A program made the translations under genes and the position numbers. This document shows positions 1 to 12,460 of a stretch of DNA of 64,000 nucleotides, piece after piece. This DNA is from Amphiscolops sp. MND2022 (taxonomy: Eukaryota). Position 1 is the stretch's first letter; every line of letters begins with the position of its first letter. The stretch lies in contig OZ076409.1 of NCBI GenBank assembly GCA_964187785.1, positions 13,952,001 through 14,016,000 on the forward strand, written 5' to 3'. A model generated the notes under the pieces. It saw only the letters and a list, made by a program, of their open reading frames with translations. It was not told the origin of the DNA and did no database searches.

Positions 1-2594
1 AAAGCTGCGGGGATTCATTAGTGGCAAAGTTGGAAGTTATTCCCTGCCCTGTGCCGGCTATAGTATATACATATCTTCTTTCCTTTCAGCGGCGGCAACC
101 GCGAAGAGAAAAAAGTGGAGACAAATTATTGCTCCGAAATGAAATGGGGATAGAGTTATGCATGTTAAACGACATGACGCTAAATAAACAACAAAAAACG
201 GACAAATTTAAGTAATTTTAATTTTGTTAGCGCTCAAGACTAGGACGGGAAGATTCATTTAAAAATTTCAATGTTTAAACGATTATGATTAGCAGTGCAG
301 AAGCAGTGAGTATTGGAGCGGCGGCAATGGAAAAACATAACAGGCCTCCGTTGCTTTCTCGCGCCAGGCAAACACCTCAAAGTGCCGCTGTGCTAATGGT
401 ATAGGAAATGTTAAGTCATGGTAAATGAAAAATATGGAACAACAAAAGAAAAAAGGAAGCCAAGTTGAATTAGAAAAAGCGTTTAAATGGAGCATTATCA
501 TAATTATTCAACATTTGCGAACTTGACAATGCTCATAGGTACTGCACTGGGGTCGAGGGATAAATACTAGTGTGGGGACACATACCTATTACTTATACTT
601 ACATACACATACAACATATATACATATATATCTACATCACATTTGTACAATATGAAAAATTACCGTACATTATAACATATTTAAGTGCGCGGACCAACAA
701 CACCGGTAATAGTGAGTGACTGATTTATTTTCGGTGTTAACGACAAACAAACAAATTCGCTGCTTGTTGACTTACTTCCCCATTGCGGAATCTACCTACT
801 AATAGTACAAGTAGTAGAAGTACCGAATGGGGGGGGGGGGGTAAGTACCGCGACTCAAGCTCCGTCGTTCCATCGGTTCCGCCCTGCTCGGACCACCACT
901 ACAGGAAAACAAGTCGTCATGGCTTCTCCTGTTTGCTTCTTCGTCGCTCACACCTCGCTGCTCATCTGAGCGATTAGCGCACCTTTTAAGCACCATAGGG
1001 AAAGAGCATTATGCATCAGCAGCCAATAAAAATTTGAGGAAATTAAAACGAAAATGCAGAGTACTAAATTACAACACCATTACGACAGTGGCGACGGCGG
1101 AGACACGGAGAAATTAAATTGAATGGAAAACAAGGAAAAATGACGAAGATTATGTGTTTTTTGTTTAGATTTTGCTGCTAACTGTCGCGGTCGCCGCAGA
1201 CAAATGAAACGAGACGAACGACGACGATTAAGAAGGGAGCAACAAATTAAATGAAGTGATGAGACGAGGTACTCGTTAGGAAACGCGCTTCTCCTCTCGG
1301 CAGTGAGCCAATCAGAATCGAGGAGGTAAGGTAAGAGGGGAAAACACGTTTTTTTTTCTAGTGACAGGGTAGCTGAGGCAGAAAAGCGACAGAAGCGGTG
1401 ACAGAGCAGTAGCACAGAGTTTAACATCATCAGCAGAAGCAGCAGTGTTGTTTAAAAAAGGGGAGATGATAAAACGATGTGCAACAGTTGCTGCCAACCA
1501 TTACAGATGACTCTTCTTCCTTCGCCTGTTGCTTGCTGCTCTTGTACCGTGGAAATGCATCGGCAGTACCATCAGCAAAAACAGCAACAACCATAACACC
1601 CCACCGGGAGCGTTTACATCAGCGGAGTACACCACACCACATCACACCATACATACATTGTGTTCAGTTTCTCCCCTGTTTCGCTTCTTATCCTAGAATG
1701 TTGTTAACCCGACACGAGTCGCCGTGCTCTTGTGCTTCTCGGGTCGCTTCGGCCGTTTTTGTGGCGTTTATCGTGTTCGGCTTTGGTGGTACGTGGCGGT
1801 AGCGGTGTTTTGTCAGTCATAGTCATAGCCACAGTCATTCTTTCTTTCATTCGTCAATAATTAGCCGCGCAGGTTCAGAAGCGGTTCTTCTTGTTTCCTT
1901 TCGTTTTTCTTGTCAGCACAGATCGAGAGAAAATTCAAAAAATATATATTAGCTGCTGCTGCTATTGCCAAGAAGCACTGCCGCCAAGTACAGCGGCGGA
2001 ATCAGTAGTAAACCCAATCTCAGCCACCATAGCTGAAGCCACCACCCGGGGAAGCTGAAAGGAAATCGACTACTGTTACTGTTTATCCACCAAACTTGAA
2101 TGAAACACGACCTCAAACAAAAACAATCTCGACAAATTATCACTCAAACTTCCGCTTGTCAACGTTTGAACACAAACGCTTCACTTTCAACAAAAACTCT
2201 TCTTTCCAAAACCATCGTACTGACCGACCATCGTACAAAATACTCCTCTCAGCAGCACAATTAAAACAAACCGCATCAACATGAAAACCAGTTGAAAATA
2301 TATTGAATCCTTGTTATAACTCAGCTACAAACACATCAATGGTTTAGCAGCTGTTTTACTGCTTTATATGGTCATTTATAGTCCAATATCTCCCTGCTAA
2401 TCAAGTAAGTAACTTTCACTCATCCAGACATCCAGCAATTGAAGTGAGAAAACAATCTGGAAGACAGACGGCACGTTATTTAGTTATGAAGTAACGGTCT
2501 TTCGTCTTCTCGAATTTCTCTCGCATGACAATTACTTTTGAGATGAAGCATCCCCACCTGAAAGAGCGCAACTTAACTTATCTCTACTAAGTAC

Positions 2595-3024
2595 CAGAGT
2601 TGTTATAAAAAACAGTTTTTTTTCAAAAAAACGTTTAAAACATGTTTTTTTACGAATTATACTGTTTTTTTGTTTTTTATTGTTTTTTTCATTTTAGGCG
2701 GCTAATTGGTAAAAAACAAGCGCGTGAAAAACACTTTTCTTACCTTAAAGTATAAATAACTACAACAAAAATCATTTTAAAGGAATGTATCAAATCAGTC
2801 AATCATCTTAATTTGCAAGTTGTATCTCATTGAACTTTTTCCAGATTGGATCCTTAATTCGAGGCATATCAAAATCTGAAAACAACAAATTGTCATAGTT
2901 GATGCAAATGTAAACCGTAGTGACATAAGCACCTCTTTGAAAAAAAACAATGTTTTTTAAATTTGTTTTAAACACTGTTTTTTTCCTCGTGTTTAAAACA
3001 GTTTAAAACACCGTAACAACTCTG
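2595..3024. mobile_element. Non-autonomous hAT-type MITE (430 bp)
   Basis: Perfect 11-bp TIR CAGAGTTGTTA...TAACAACTCTG, flanked by an 8-bp TSD CTAAGTAC (2587-2594 and 3025-3032). Confidence 0.85.
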
Positions 3025-3793
3025 CTAAGTACGCAACTTTGCTTGTTGTTTCGTGAACAAAAAATCACTTTCGAAAACTGGCATAACTCTGGCATCATAA
3101 TCTCGAAACTAGCAATTATCATTTGAGTTACAAGCAATGTCGGCGTGTGTGACAAAAAATCTAGTACAGGACAAAAAACAAAACAATCATAAGCGAGAAG
3201 CAGCGAAACTTGACGTTTTTCGGAACAGTGAGAATGGAAAAAACTTGGCATCGATCATCTAGTTTGAAGACCCACGGACATGTTGATTGGAAGACAGTCG
3301 TATAGTTATCCGCGGAGATAACATGCGTATGTCTTCGAATCATACAAGTTCACGAACATCATTCCCAATGTTTTCTATGTAGTTTCCAGAGTTTTGACAT
3401 AGCTAGTTTTTTTTCAGCAATCGCTAAAACGCTAATTTCAAAATCGCTATTTCGCTGAAAAAAATTTCTTCAAACTATTAAATAATTGGATTCAAGAGTG
3501 TTTAAATAAATTCTGCCTGGTCAAAAATTGTTAATTAGCGGTGTCAAAACTCTGGTATTTTCCGTGTTGAATGTATCCTACTAAATTGTAAAACTTCTGT
3601 TGAATGGTCTACAACAATTGGAAGACAGTTGAAGCGCTTTTGATCTTTCAAAAAGCTCTCGGCTGGCTTTTTTATACTGTGGATCATGAATTTCGTTGGT
3701 TTCATTGAATTATCATTTATGAATGAGCATCACATTTTATGCGTTGTAATTTATGTTGTAATTTTACATGGGCCAATTTGACACTTAACGACA

Positions 3794-3967
3794 CAGTCAA
3801 CTCCGGTTAATTCGCATCTGGATATTTCGGATCTTCGTCCAATTCGTATGTATCTGAGACCCCCATTTCGCGACAACCAAAGTGATACCATCCGGTTAAT
3901 TCGTATTTCCCCTTATTCGTACTATTTTATTCAGTCCCTCACGATACGAATTAGGCGGATTCAACTG
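3794..3967. mobile_element. Tc1/pogo-type MITE (~174 bp)
   Basis: Imperfect ~25-bp TIRs (CAGTCAACTCCGGTTAATTCGCATC / GATACGAATTAGGCGGATTCAACTG). TA follows the right end; CA precedes the left end. Confidence 0.65.
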
Positions 3968-5116
3968 TATAAATATATAAAAACGAAAAAATATATAAGA
4001 CGAAGACGGGCTGTATATATGAGAACATCAATAAAGGTAAAATAGAAAACACAAAAGGGAGCATCAAAAAATACGGAAATTCATGAACTTCAATGCAAAC
4101 AACCTCTTATCGACCTGAGAATTCACTTGACGCTAATTACAATAATTACCAGCTAATTTTTTTTCGGGAACAGATCACTGCACTAAAAGCCGATTCCTTC
4201 CTTATTCAGTTTTCGACAATTCGAACGCATTTTCATCAATGATGTTATTCACAACAGATTATTGCCTCATTTTTGAGGCACTTAATTTATGCAAGAACGA
4301 TCCAATTTTCAAACATCACATTTGCAACTAAATGTCGATTTTATCAAATTTATCAGCAAAGTATGCTCGGTTAAGTATATGACTCACTGAAAACATTACA
4401 AGATATTTTTTGCGCCCTCATTATAACTATTTTTACATCCTTCATTATTGACTGCATAAAGTGTGATTTGATAATTGCGCTTTGCAAACAATTTCTAAAG
4501 CATTTTGAACATTCAATATCCGCCTACCGACATGTTTGAAAATTGTTCCTTTGCGGAAGCATTCAAAGGCAACATTTATATATTAGCATGTCATCAACCT
4601 TACTACAAAAGCGAACAACTTCCAAAGAAACAAAAGTTATTTTGAGATTCCTATCAAGATGTTCTCGGGACCCTTCTAAATTTCACGTAGGCTGGGTCCT
4701 GTTTCTGAGAGATAAGCTCCAAATGAAGCCCACAAATCGTAACTATTTTTGGTGAAGATGCCTCCTGTAGGAAAAATCGACACAGAAAACTGTCACGTTG
4801 AGAAAAACGAATTATTTTCCACAAATGGTAAATTGTCATAAATAGAAAATTTGTCAATTTCGACGCCATTTGATCAAAAAATTTCATTTGTATTCGGAAT
4901 ATCAAAGTGATCGCGGTGACTTTCAACCAATAGGAAATGAACAATTATTATCAAGCTAGGCCGCGCAGAAACATTCCATGGCAAGCAATTGCAGCTGGGA
5001 GTTTTTTTTAAAAAACATTACATGAATCACAAAATCATAGAAATGCTCACCATAAACCAAGCTAGTTAAAATTCAAGCGAATTTCATCAAAATTGATGCT
5101 TTTGAAATTCAAATAA

Positions 5117-5527
5117 ATCGGCGCCATATCTAAGGCTCAAAAATAGCAAAAGGACTTCAAAGTGTCAAGTATTTTTACAGTACCTGAAAAACCTAAAAGT
5201 TGGACCAAATTGGCGCGCTAAAAGGAGGAACCCTTTCGGATTTTTTAACATCCTTTGTTGCAAAACATCAAAAAATTGGAGGGACACTTGGGGGATTTTT
5301 TTCCAAAATGCCGAAAAAACTGAAAGGGGACCCCTTTAGTTTCGCCCGGTATTGTATATTACGCGGAAAAAAGGAAAAACCTTCTTGGTTCAGTTCGCTA
5401 GGCCAAATGGTTTAATTTGACACCATAATGTTTCGTAGAACTTTTAAGAACTGTTTTGGTCAGTTCGTGTGGATTGAAAAAAGTCATTATAATAGTCGCG
5501 TTCCACTTCATGAAGCGCCGACTAAAA
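5117..5527 (+). repeat. Dispersed non-coding repeat, possibly Helentron/DINE-like
   Basis: Begins TCGGCGCCATATCTAAGGCTCAAAAATAGCAAAAG and ends GCGCCGACTAAAA (short inverted ends). Related sequence lies at ~10620-10815 (reverse) and 24260-25062. Superfamily is a guess. Confidence 0.5.
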
Positions 5528-5770
5528 ATATCTTGAATCCGGTATAACGGTCCTTCCACAAAATCAATATTCACTTCATTTTGTCGATAGCTGAGCAGGC
5601 ACTTAAAAGGGCTTCCCTTAATGGAATTATTGCATTTAAAACAAGATTAAGTTTTATTGAAAGTGACTTTGCATGACTCAATGTCAAACCTACAGAAATG
5701 AATAATGAATATATATAACCCCTTTCTGACAAAATTGCCAATATACAGGTACTCCGATGCGAACTTATTG

Positions 5771-6561
5771 CCCATGTTGAGCCCTCCCTACGAATCTGTA
5801 CAGATCCTGACAGATATTCCAGTATTTATCGAAAATTAATTAGTCGTAAAAACAGTTTTGAAATTGAAATTAGTTGGATTAAAAAAGCTCTACAAGATGA
5901 ATACGTCTCCTAATTGAAGTTTTTAAAAAATTCTGTGCGAATCTGTACAGATCCTGACAGATATTCCAGGATTTGTCGAAAATTAACCATACGAAAATGA
6001 CCAATAAATTACTATAACGTATTCCAAGTTTCCACTAATGACTAAAACTACTCCATCAAACCATGTTCCCAAAATACTACCAAAAGAGCACTTTATCAAC
6101 ACCTCTAACAACCCAGACGGTGGCCACATGTCTAATTTTATCCACCAAAACGAAGTCAATTTGGCAGACGAGCCTCTCAAAGTTGAACAACCACTTCTGG
6201 AAAGTTCGAGTGAAATAGATAAATTAGTGTGTGACCAATACCAAATATTCCCCAGACACCAAAACTACCGTGTTGGGGACAAGCTTTCCAGCTCACGAAT
6301 TTTGAGTAATGGAGAGTTTCAACTGACTGAGCCTTGGTCAGCAAAAGTACTTGTTGAAAAAGCCCAAAAATGCAATTCATTGTTTCCTTGAAGCTCCGGA
6401 AAAATTTTCCTGGAAAATCGGTACAGAAAATCTTTGAACATCAGTAAAGATCCTTACAGATCTGCAGTTGTCCTTACGTAGCAGTGGCACGATCTTTACA
6501 GATCCTCAAGGAAAAAAGGCTCACAGATCTGTACAGATTCTCAAGGAAAGCTCAACATGGG
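5771..6561. mobile_element. Non-autonomous CACTA/EnSpm-like element
   Basis: TIR CCCATGTTGAGC...GCTCAACATGGG with a 2-bp TG duplication; subterminal ATCTGTACAGATC repeats at both ends. Confidence 0.7.
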
Positions 6562-6639
6562 TGAACCTTAACGAGTAATTCGTCTTCTCTAAACGCCCCA
6601 TTTCTAAGAAAAGCAGAAAATCCAATAAGACCCTCTTAA

Positions 6640-7170
6640 CCCCAATGAACCTAGTGATGCTTTAAAGCAGCCTACCTTTTTTCCAAATTCTGATTCCTTT
6701 TGCCAGTAGCCCATTTTCTCTAGCACAGTTTTTTTTCAACAAGTAATTGGTACCTAGATTGATTTGAATGATACAAGCATTAGAAAAAGGGAATATATCT
6801 CCAAAGCTGAGAAAAATGGGTTTTTTGCACAAAAAAAAAGAGTTATATTTTCTCAAAATTCAGATTTTGACGAAATCCTGTTTTCTCAAAAGTCTTTGAT
6901 CAATAGAAAAAACAAACCACATACCCTTCCACAACAAGTCCTGGTGGAACAAACCCCTATAATATTTTGTTGTTACTACAAGCCCCCGCGCAGCGGGCCG
7001 CACGAAGTGCGGAACTGCCGCGAAGCGGCGGTACCGGAAAAAGAAGGTAAAATTCTGGAGAAAGGGGCGCGCGGCGACAGGGGCTCACCTGAGCAAAATG
7101 AAAGCCCAATACCAGACCTTTCAAACGCGCTATAGTTCGTTTCTCTGGTACGCGTAGTTGTGGAGATATT
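6640..7170. mobile_element. piggyBac-type MITE, 3'-truncated copy
   Basis: TTAA|CCCCAATGAAC start; highly similar to 9324-9830 but lacks the right TIR. Confidence 0.7.
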
Positions 7171-8612
7171 AATTTTAGTTTAGTTTAGATATTAGTTTTA
7201 GTTGCAGAGTTGAACCACCAAAAACTCTCAAGAAGGGGTTTCCTAATAAGAATGAAAAATCCATCAGCGAAACTGCTCCAACAATCAATTGATTGAATCA
7301 CGTTTTGCTTGATATCAAGAAATGACCAAAAAATTCTAATAGGATAGCGTGAAAGCGGAGTGAGGACTTGAACTGTTTATTGAAGATCAGCATCATTAAA
7401 ACACCGACAAAGAAAATTGAGTCATTTTCATTTCACGTGAAACGATGTTCAAGTATCATTTCAGCTGAAAATCTTTTCAACCAAGAATAATTTTCCCAGC
7501 ACTTTCATTTCATCTCACAAGTTAATTAATCAAATGTGTCTCGTCTCGGGTAAATGACTACTGTCGCCTGATTTCACATTTTGACGTATTGTAGGCAAAT
7601 GTTTACGTCTTCGAGTTTGCAAAAATTTTTACACGAACCGCTTCGCGCGCAAAATTTCTTGAGGTGTCAAATTTCGAAAATGGAAAGCACAAAAACTTTC
7701 AGCTGCTTTTTGATAAACAATGAATCTCAGACTGAAACTGTGTGATGTTTTCGGGGTCTCTAATATAAGTATATGTAAACAAGTGTTGCAATGAGCATCG
7801 TTATCAATGTTCCACACTTGAACATGGCAAGAAATTGCTAGACATCAAAGTTTTGGGGTTAAATGATTTTATGGTAAAATGAACATTTTATCAAGATAGT
7901 TTGGCTTGAATAATGTTAGCTTGAAGCGTTTCAAAAAATCCTGCTTATGCAGTAATGTTTCAGAATTTCCGCACAGTCGCTGTCAGAATATTTCAGTATT
8001 TGGATACCACAAAAAACTCACTACTGGAGGTTGAAAAAGTAACGTGAAATAAAAATAGTTGATGAACACTGGTTGAACTTTTTAAAAATGCAACGAATAA
8101 TTGGGTGGAACAATATTTTAAGTTCAAGGCAATCTTACTTGTTGCCTTTTCACTTCAACTTCTTCCACACATAGATACCGTGGTTCAAAAAATGGCCGTG
8201 GCGGTTTAGAAACGCCTACACTACAGCTTTCAACCATTGCGTTTTCAAAAGTGGCCGAAACAAAATCTAACAAGCATTAAAGGACATTTGTGCGTGTTAA
8301 ACCTTTTAGTCATGTACTTGAGTTTGTCGTGTTCAAACATTCCATTTTTTACACTGTCGAAATGAAATGCCGGCGAAACGCGATTGACTTGAATATCTTT
8401 GTCAAAAATTTCACAGACCGGAATTATCCGGCACAGCAAGTCAGAATGCCTCAGCCAGAACATTAAAATTCAGGTAGAATGCGGAACACGCTTAAAACAC
8501 AGAGGCGAAGCGGTGCTTCGCAACACATGACGAAGACATTATTTTAATATGCGTATATATATTATTTTAATCGCATGCGTATATATTCAACAGTTCAACT
8601 TTGTTCAATAAC

Positions 8613-8685
8613 GTCCCTATGGCACAGTGGTCAACACTTATGCCGTGCAATCGGGAGGCTGCAGGTTCGAATCTCTCAGGGGTTT
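8613..8685 (+). other. tRNA-derived sequence (SINE head or tRNA pseudogene)
   Basis: Pol III A box TGGCACAGTGG and B box GGTTCGAATCT at tRNA-like spacing; stems are imperfect. Confidence 0.45.
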
Positions 8686-9323
8686 TGGCTTTTGTCTAAA
8701 AGGCGCTCATTATGAAGTTGACTATTGTGGAAAAAAAACTTTCTTAGCTGGACTGCAATGCACATTGACTTCGTCATGTGCAATAAAGGAAGCGGAAGAC
8801 CAATGAAAAAGTTTGGAAAACAAAAAACTGAAAGTTCTTTAAAATCGACTGATACAACGAGCTGGGGGACAGTTTTTCGAACTTTCAAGTCATTAGAGGC
8901 GAGGAGCAAGCAGAAAGCAAAAATTACCGTAAGCGTGACGCCGAAAAAACGCCTCAACAGGAGCAGGCAAGAATTGAATTCTGCACACCCTGGAAAAACC
9001 AGAATTTTGGATATTCCTGGCTTTTTAACGAATGCTTCACCGGAACAAACTGGAGCTTTGGAGTTCCGTACGAGAAAGAGCACAAAAAAACTTTCCGAAA
9101 TTTCCACCAAAAATATGGTTTTGGGTGCAATATCTGTCAAAGAATTTTACCTCAAAGTCATCGAGAAAGGCACGATCGACAGCAAAAATTAATTGGCGAA
9201 ACAGTGCGCGAGTTTATCACAAACGCAAATGCACTGTTTCAAGATGGGTGGATACTCAAGTAGAATGGAGTAACGTTGCATACTTCCAGAAAACCAAAAG
9301 TTTTTTGCTGAAAATTCGGTTAA

Positions 9324-9894
9324 CCCCAATGAATCTAGTGATGCTTTAAAGCAGCCACCTTTTTTTCCAAATTCTGATACCTTTTGCCAGTAGCCCATTT
9401 TCTCTAGCACAGTTTTTTTCAACAAGTAATTGGTACCTAGATTGATTTGAATGGCACAAGCCATTAGAAAAGGGAATATATCTCCAAAGCTGAGAAAAAT
9501 GGGTTTTTTGCACAAAAAAAGTTATATTTTCTCCAAATTCAGTTTTTGAAGAAATCCAGTTTTCTCAAAAGTCTTTGATCAATAGAAAAAACCAACCACA
9601 TACCCTTCCACAACAAGCCCTGGTGCAACAAACCCCTAAAATATTCTGTTGTCACTACAAGCCCCCGAAGTGCGGAACTGCCGCGAAGCGGCGGTACCGG
9701 AAGGAGACTAAAATTCTGAAGGAAGGGGCGCGCGGCGACAGGGGCTCACCTGACAAAAATGAAAGCCCAATATCAGACCTTTCAAACGCGCTATAGTTCG
9801 TTCCTCTGGTACGCGTAGTTGTGGAGATATTGATGATTGAAATTTTTTTGGCAAATTTTTTGAAAATTTTAAAAAACGCCCAGGTCAATTGGGG
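9324..9894. mobile_element. piggyBac-type MITE, complete copy (571 bp)
   Basis: TTAA|CCCCAATGA ... TCAATTGGGG|TTAA: TIRs plus TTAA duplication. Confidence 0.8.
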
Positions 9895-10619
9895 TTAAGA
9901 TTTTACAATGTCTTGAGAACTGGCGCGACAGTCCCCAATTTGTATAACTAATTTGTTGAACTTTTGAGAGAATTAAGTTTGCGTAACGCCATTTTTTTAC
10001 TCGGCGCTTTTTCTAAGGAAAGGGTCGAATAAAGTCATGGCTTTTCGTCAGCGTTTTTTTGATACACCTGAAGTGTCCAAAATAGTTCTACCAGTAGTTC
10101 TAGCCTTCAATTTTGGCAGTCAATTTTGTACCTTTGAACTGTAAAGGAGTCCTCTTCGACAATAACACAACCTATACCGGATTTACCGCAAACTGGACAT
10201 AACGAATTTCGGACATAACACAAAACGGATATAACGAATGCCCGATATAACGTATATCAGATATAACGACACAACCCATACCGGATTTAACGCAAACAGA
10301 ATAAAATGAGTTCCGGATATAACGTTTGTTTTTCTAAAGACTGACGAAGTGAAAGATTTTATCAATTTTGTTCAACTTGCAGACAACTTTCTCAGAATAT
10401 ACAAAACATCTAACACGTACATAAATTAGGATAAAACGTTTTCATTTCTCGTATAACGTTATCGATTTTTTCCCCGAAAGTTCACATATTTTGCGCCCAA
10501 TATAAAGCTTTAGGGTCAGGTTTTCAGTACTATAGGACTTTTGGATTTTCGAAACGTCTTTATTCAACGGGTGATACTAAAACCACGTCCCCTGGGTACA
10601 CCTGTGAGACTTTTTTCGA

Positions 10620-10815
10620 ATTTTTTTTAAAAAATATCTTCAAAGGGTCAATTTCTTTGAGATTTTGCAACAGAATGGATGTTAAAAAATCCGAAAGGGC
10701 GCACCAACTTTTGGGTTTTTCGGGTATACTTTAGAAGAGAATACTTGACACTTTGAAGTTCTTTTGCTATTTTTGAGTTTTGGGTATGGCGCCGACTTGG
10801 GCCGCACCCGGCTTG
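10620..10815 (-). repeat. Reverse copy of the 5117-5527 repeat family
   Basis: ATACTTGACACTTTGAAGTTCTTTTGCTATTTTTGAG...TATGGCGCCGACT is the reverse complement of 5120-5172. Left boundary is approximate. Confidence 0.55.
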
Positions 10816-11014
10816 TTGAGCCAAGGTATCCATCCTACGGCACATGCGTAATCACCATTGCTCCATGTAAGCTCAAATAGAAACGTTGGGAAAACTTGGA
10901 TAAAATTTTCATCATAAAACACAGAGCAAAAAGGGCATAATCAGCGATGAGAATAGACAGAAATTAGTCAAAAATGCATTTATCCAAAAGCATGTTTCTC
11001 AAAAATAGGCCCCG

Positions 11015-11158
11015 CCGGGGCTCAGTACTATTTCTGCTTTAATCTTTCATTAAGAAAAGAATCATATCTGGAATAACAATACACCCTCCGGGGCTCAGTA
11101 CTATTTCTGCTTTATTCTTTCATTAAGAAAAGAATCATATCTGGGATAACAATACACT
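11015..11158. repeat. Tandem duplication, 2 x ~73 bp
   Basis: CCGGGGCTCAGTACTATTTCTGC...AACAATACAC occurs at 11015 and 11088. Confidence 0.85.
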
Positions 11159-11834
11159 CCTGTTTAATCTTTATTTAGCGCACAATTAATCACTGTACAA
11201 GTTTACGACGCCTTTAATTGTTCTCGGACTAAAGAAAATATAACTACTAAGCGTAGATGGAGTTTCGCATTGGCATTTGAATGCAGGCGAAGCTCTCCGT
11301 GAACGAATAATTAACACTCATTCGCTTCATCACAAGAACTCGGGGCAACGAGCGCACAATTACGAACATTCGCTCGCTTCATCTCAATGACGTCAGCATA
11401 CGAATGAATAATTACCACTCGCTCGTTCCATCGCACTAGAATTGAAATGTCGTCGGCAGCTTGAGAAAATTAATTCCCACGCTCACAATCACTGCCGAAC
11501 AAAATATCTGAATTATTCAGTATCACGACAAGAATTGTACTGAACAAATAAAGTAGGCAGTTTGGGATTTCAATAATATTCCTGCTAAACCAGAAATAAT
11601 AGAAATGCAATAACATGCAGGTTACGACCAATAGTCAATTTCAATTGGTCAATTTATCATGGAACATTCAGTTTCAAAGTATGCGCATTCAGAGCCATCC
11701 AAAAGCCTACACAATGGTTCCGGACCACAATCCTTTTGGACCTTCCGGGTGAAGTTGTCGAAGGATAGAATTTCCAGTTTTCCAAAAACAAGAATTACAA
11801 TTTCTGTAACTGCTATAAAACTCGGCTTTTCAAG

Positions 11835-11896
11835 TGTAACATCCGGCTAGCGGCATTTTCCATCGAAATTTTGCCATGCCAGTGGCTGACATTATA
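11835..11896 (-). repeat. Collapsed 3' LTR of element 1 (62 bp)
   Basis: The first ~20 nt match 21677-21696 and the remainder matches ~22331-22371; the ~630-bp middle is missing. Followed by TCCTCCCC (PPT on minus). Confidence 0.8.
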
Positions 11897-12460
11897 TCCT
11901 CCCCGGGCCGTAGTTTGTCGTCCTCGGCAAACGAGAGGATGCTTCACCCAGAGGGTACTTGCGACATTAACAGCCAATTTCTTATCGGAGCAAAATTCAG
12001 TTAATATCGTCCTTTTGAGCATCTTTTTCGCACAAAGGCTAGCAACTTCAAAAAGGCACCTATTAAAAATGACAATCGGGTTAAAAACTATTTTACAGCC
12101 TTGCTACTCTAAGCTAAAATCTCTTTTCTAAAATGGGCCCCTGCGCGGCCAGAGTAACAAAACGGTTTGGTCTGGGTAACAGTATTGAATTGTTAAACTG
12201 CAAACTGAAGCGGAAGGGCACCGACCCGGGACCCGCCCACTGGGCATAAACAAACTAAACATTGCATGGATATTTCAAGATATAAAACAGAATATAATAC
12301 ATAGCACTAAACTAAGCGAAACAAAAAGCTTCAATTCGTAGCACGGGCTTTCCTCGGCACCTTTCGATAAACAGAATTCAGTTACAGCATCTCAGTAAGT
12401 AGTTTTTTTTTGCTCTAGGGAGCGCTCGCTTGCTTTTATTCCTCTGGCTGATCCGCGCGC

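Noticed and set aside
8613..8685. Functional tRNA gene
   Set aside because: Acceptor, anticodon and T stems pair poorly.
6662..9888. Short ORFs in and between the piggyBac-type MITEs
   Set aside because: No domain motifs, and frames are not conserved between the two MITE copies.
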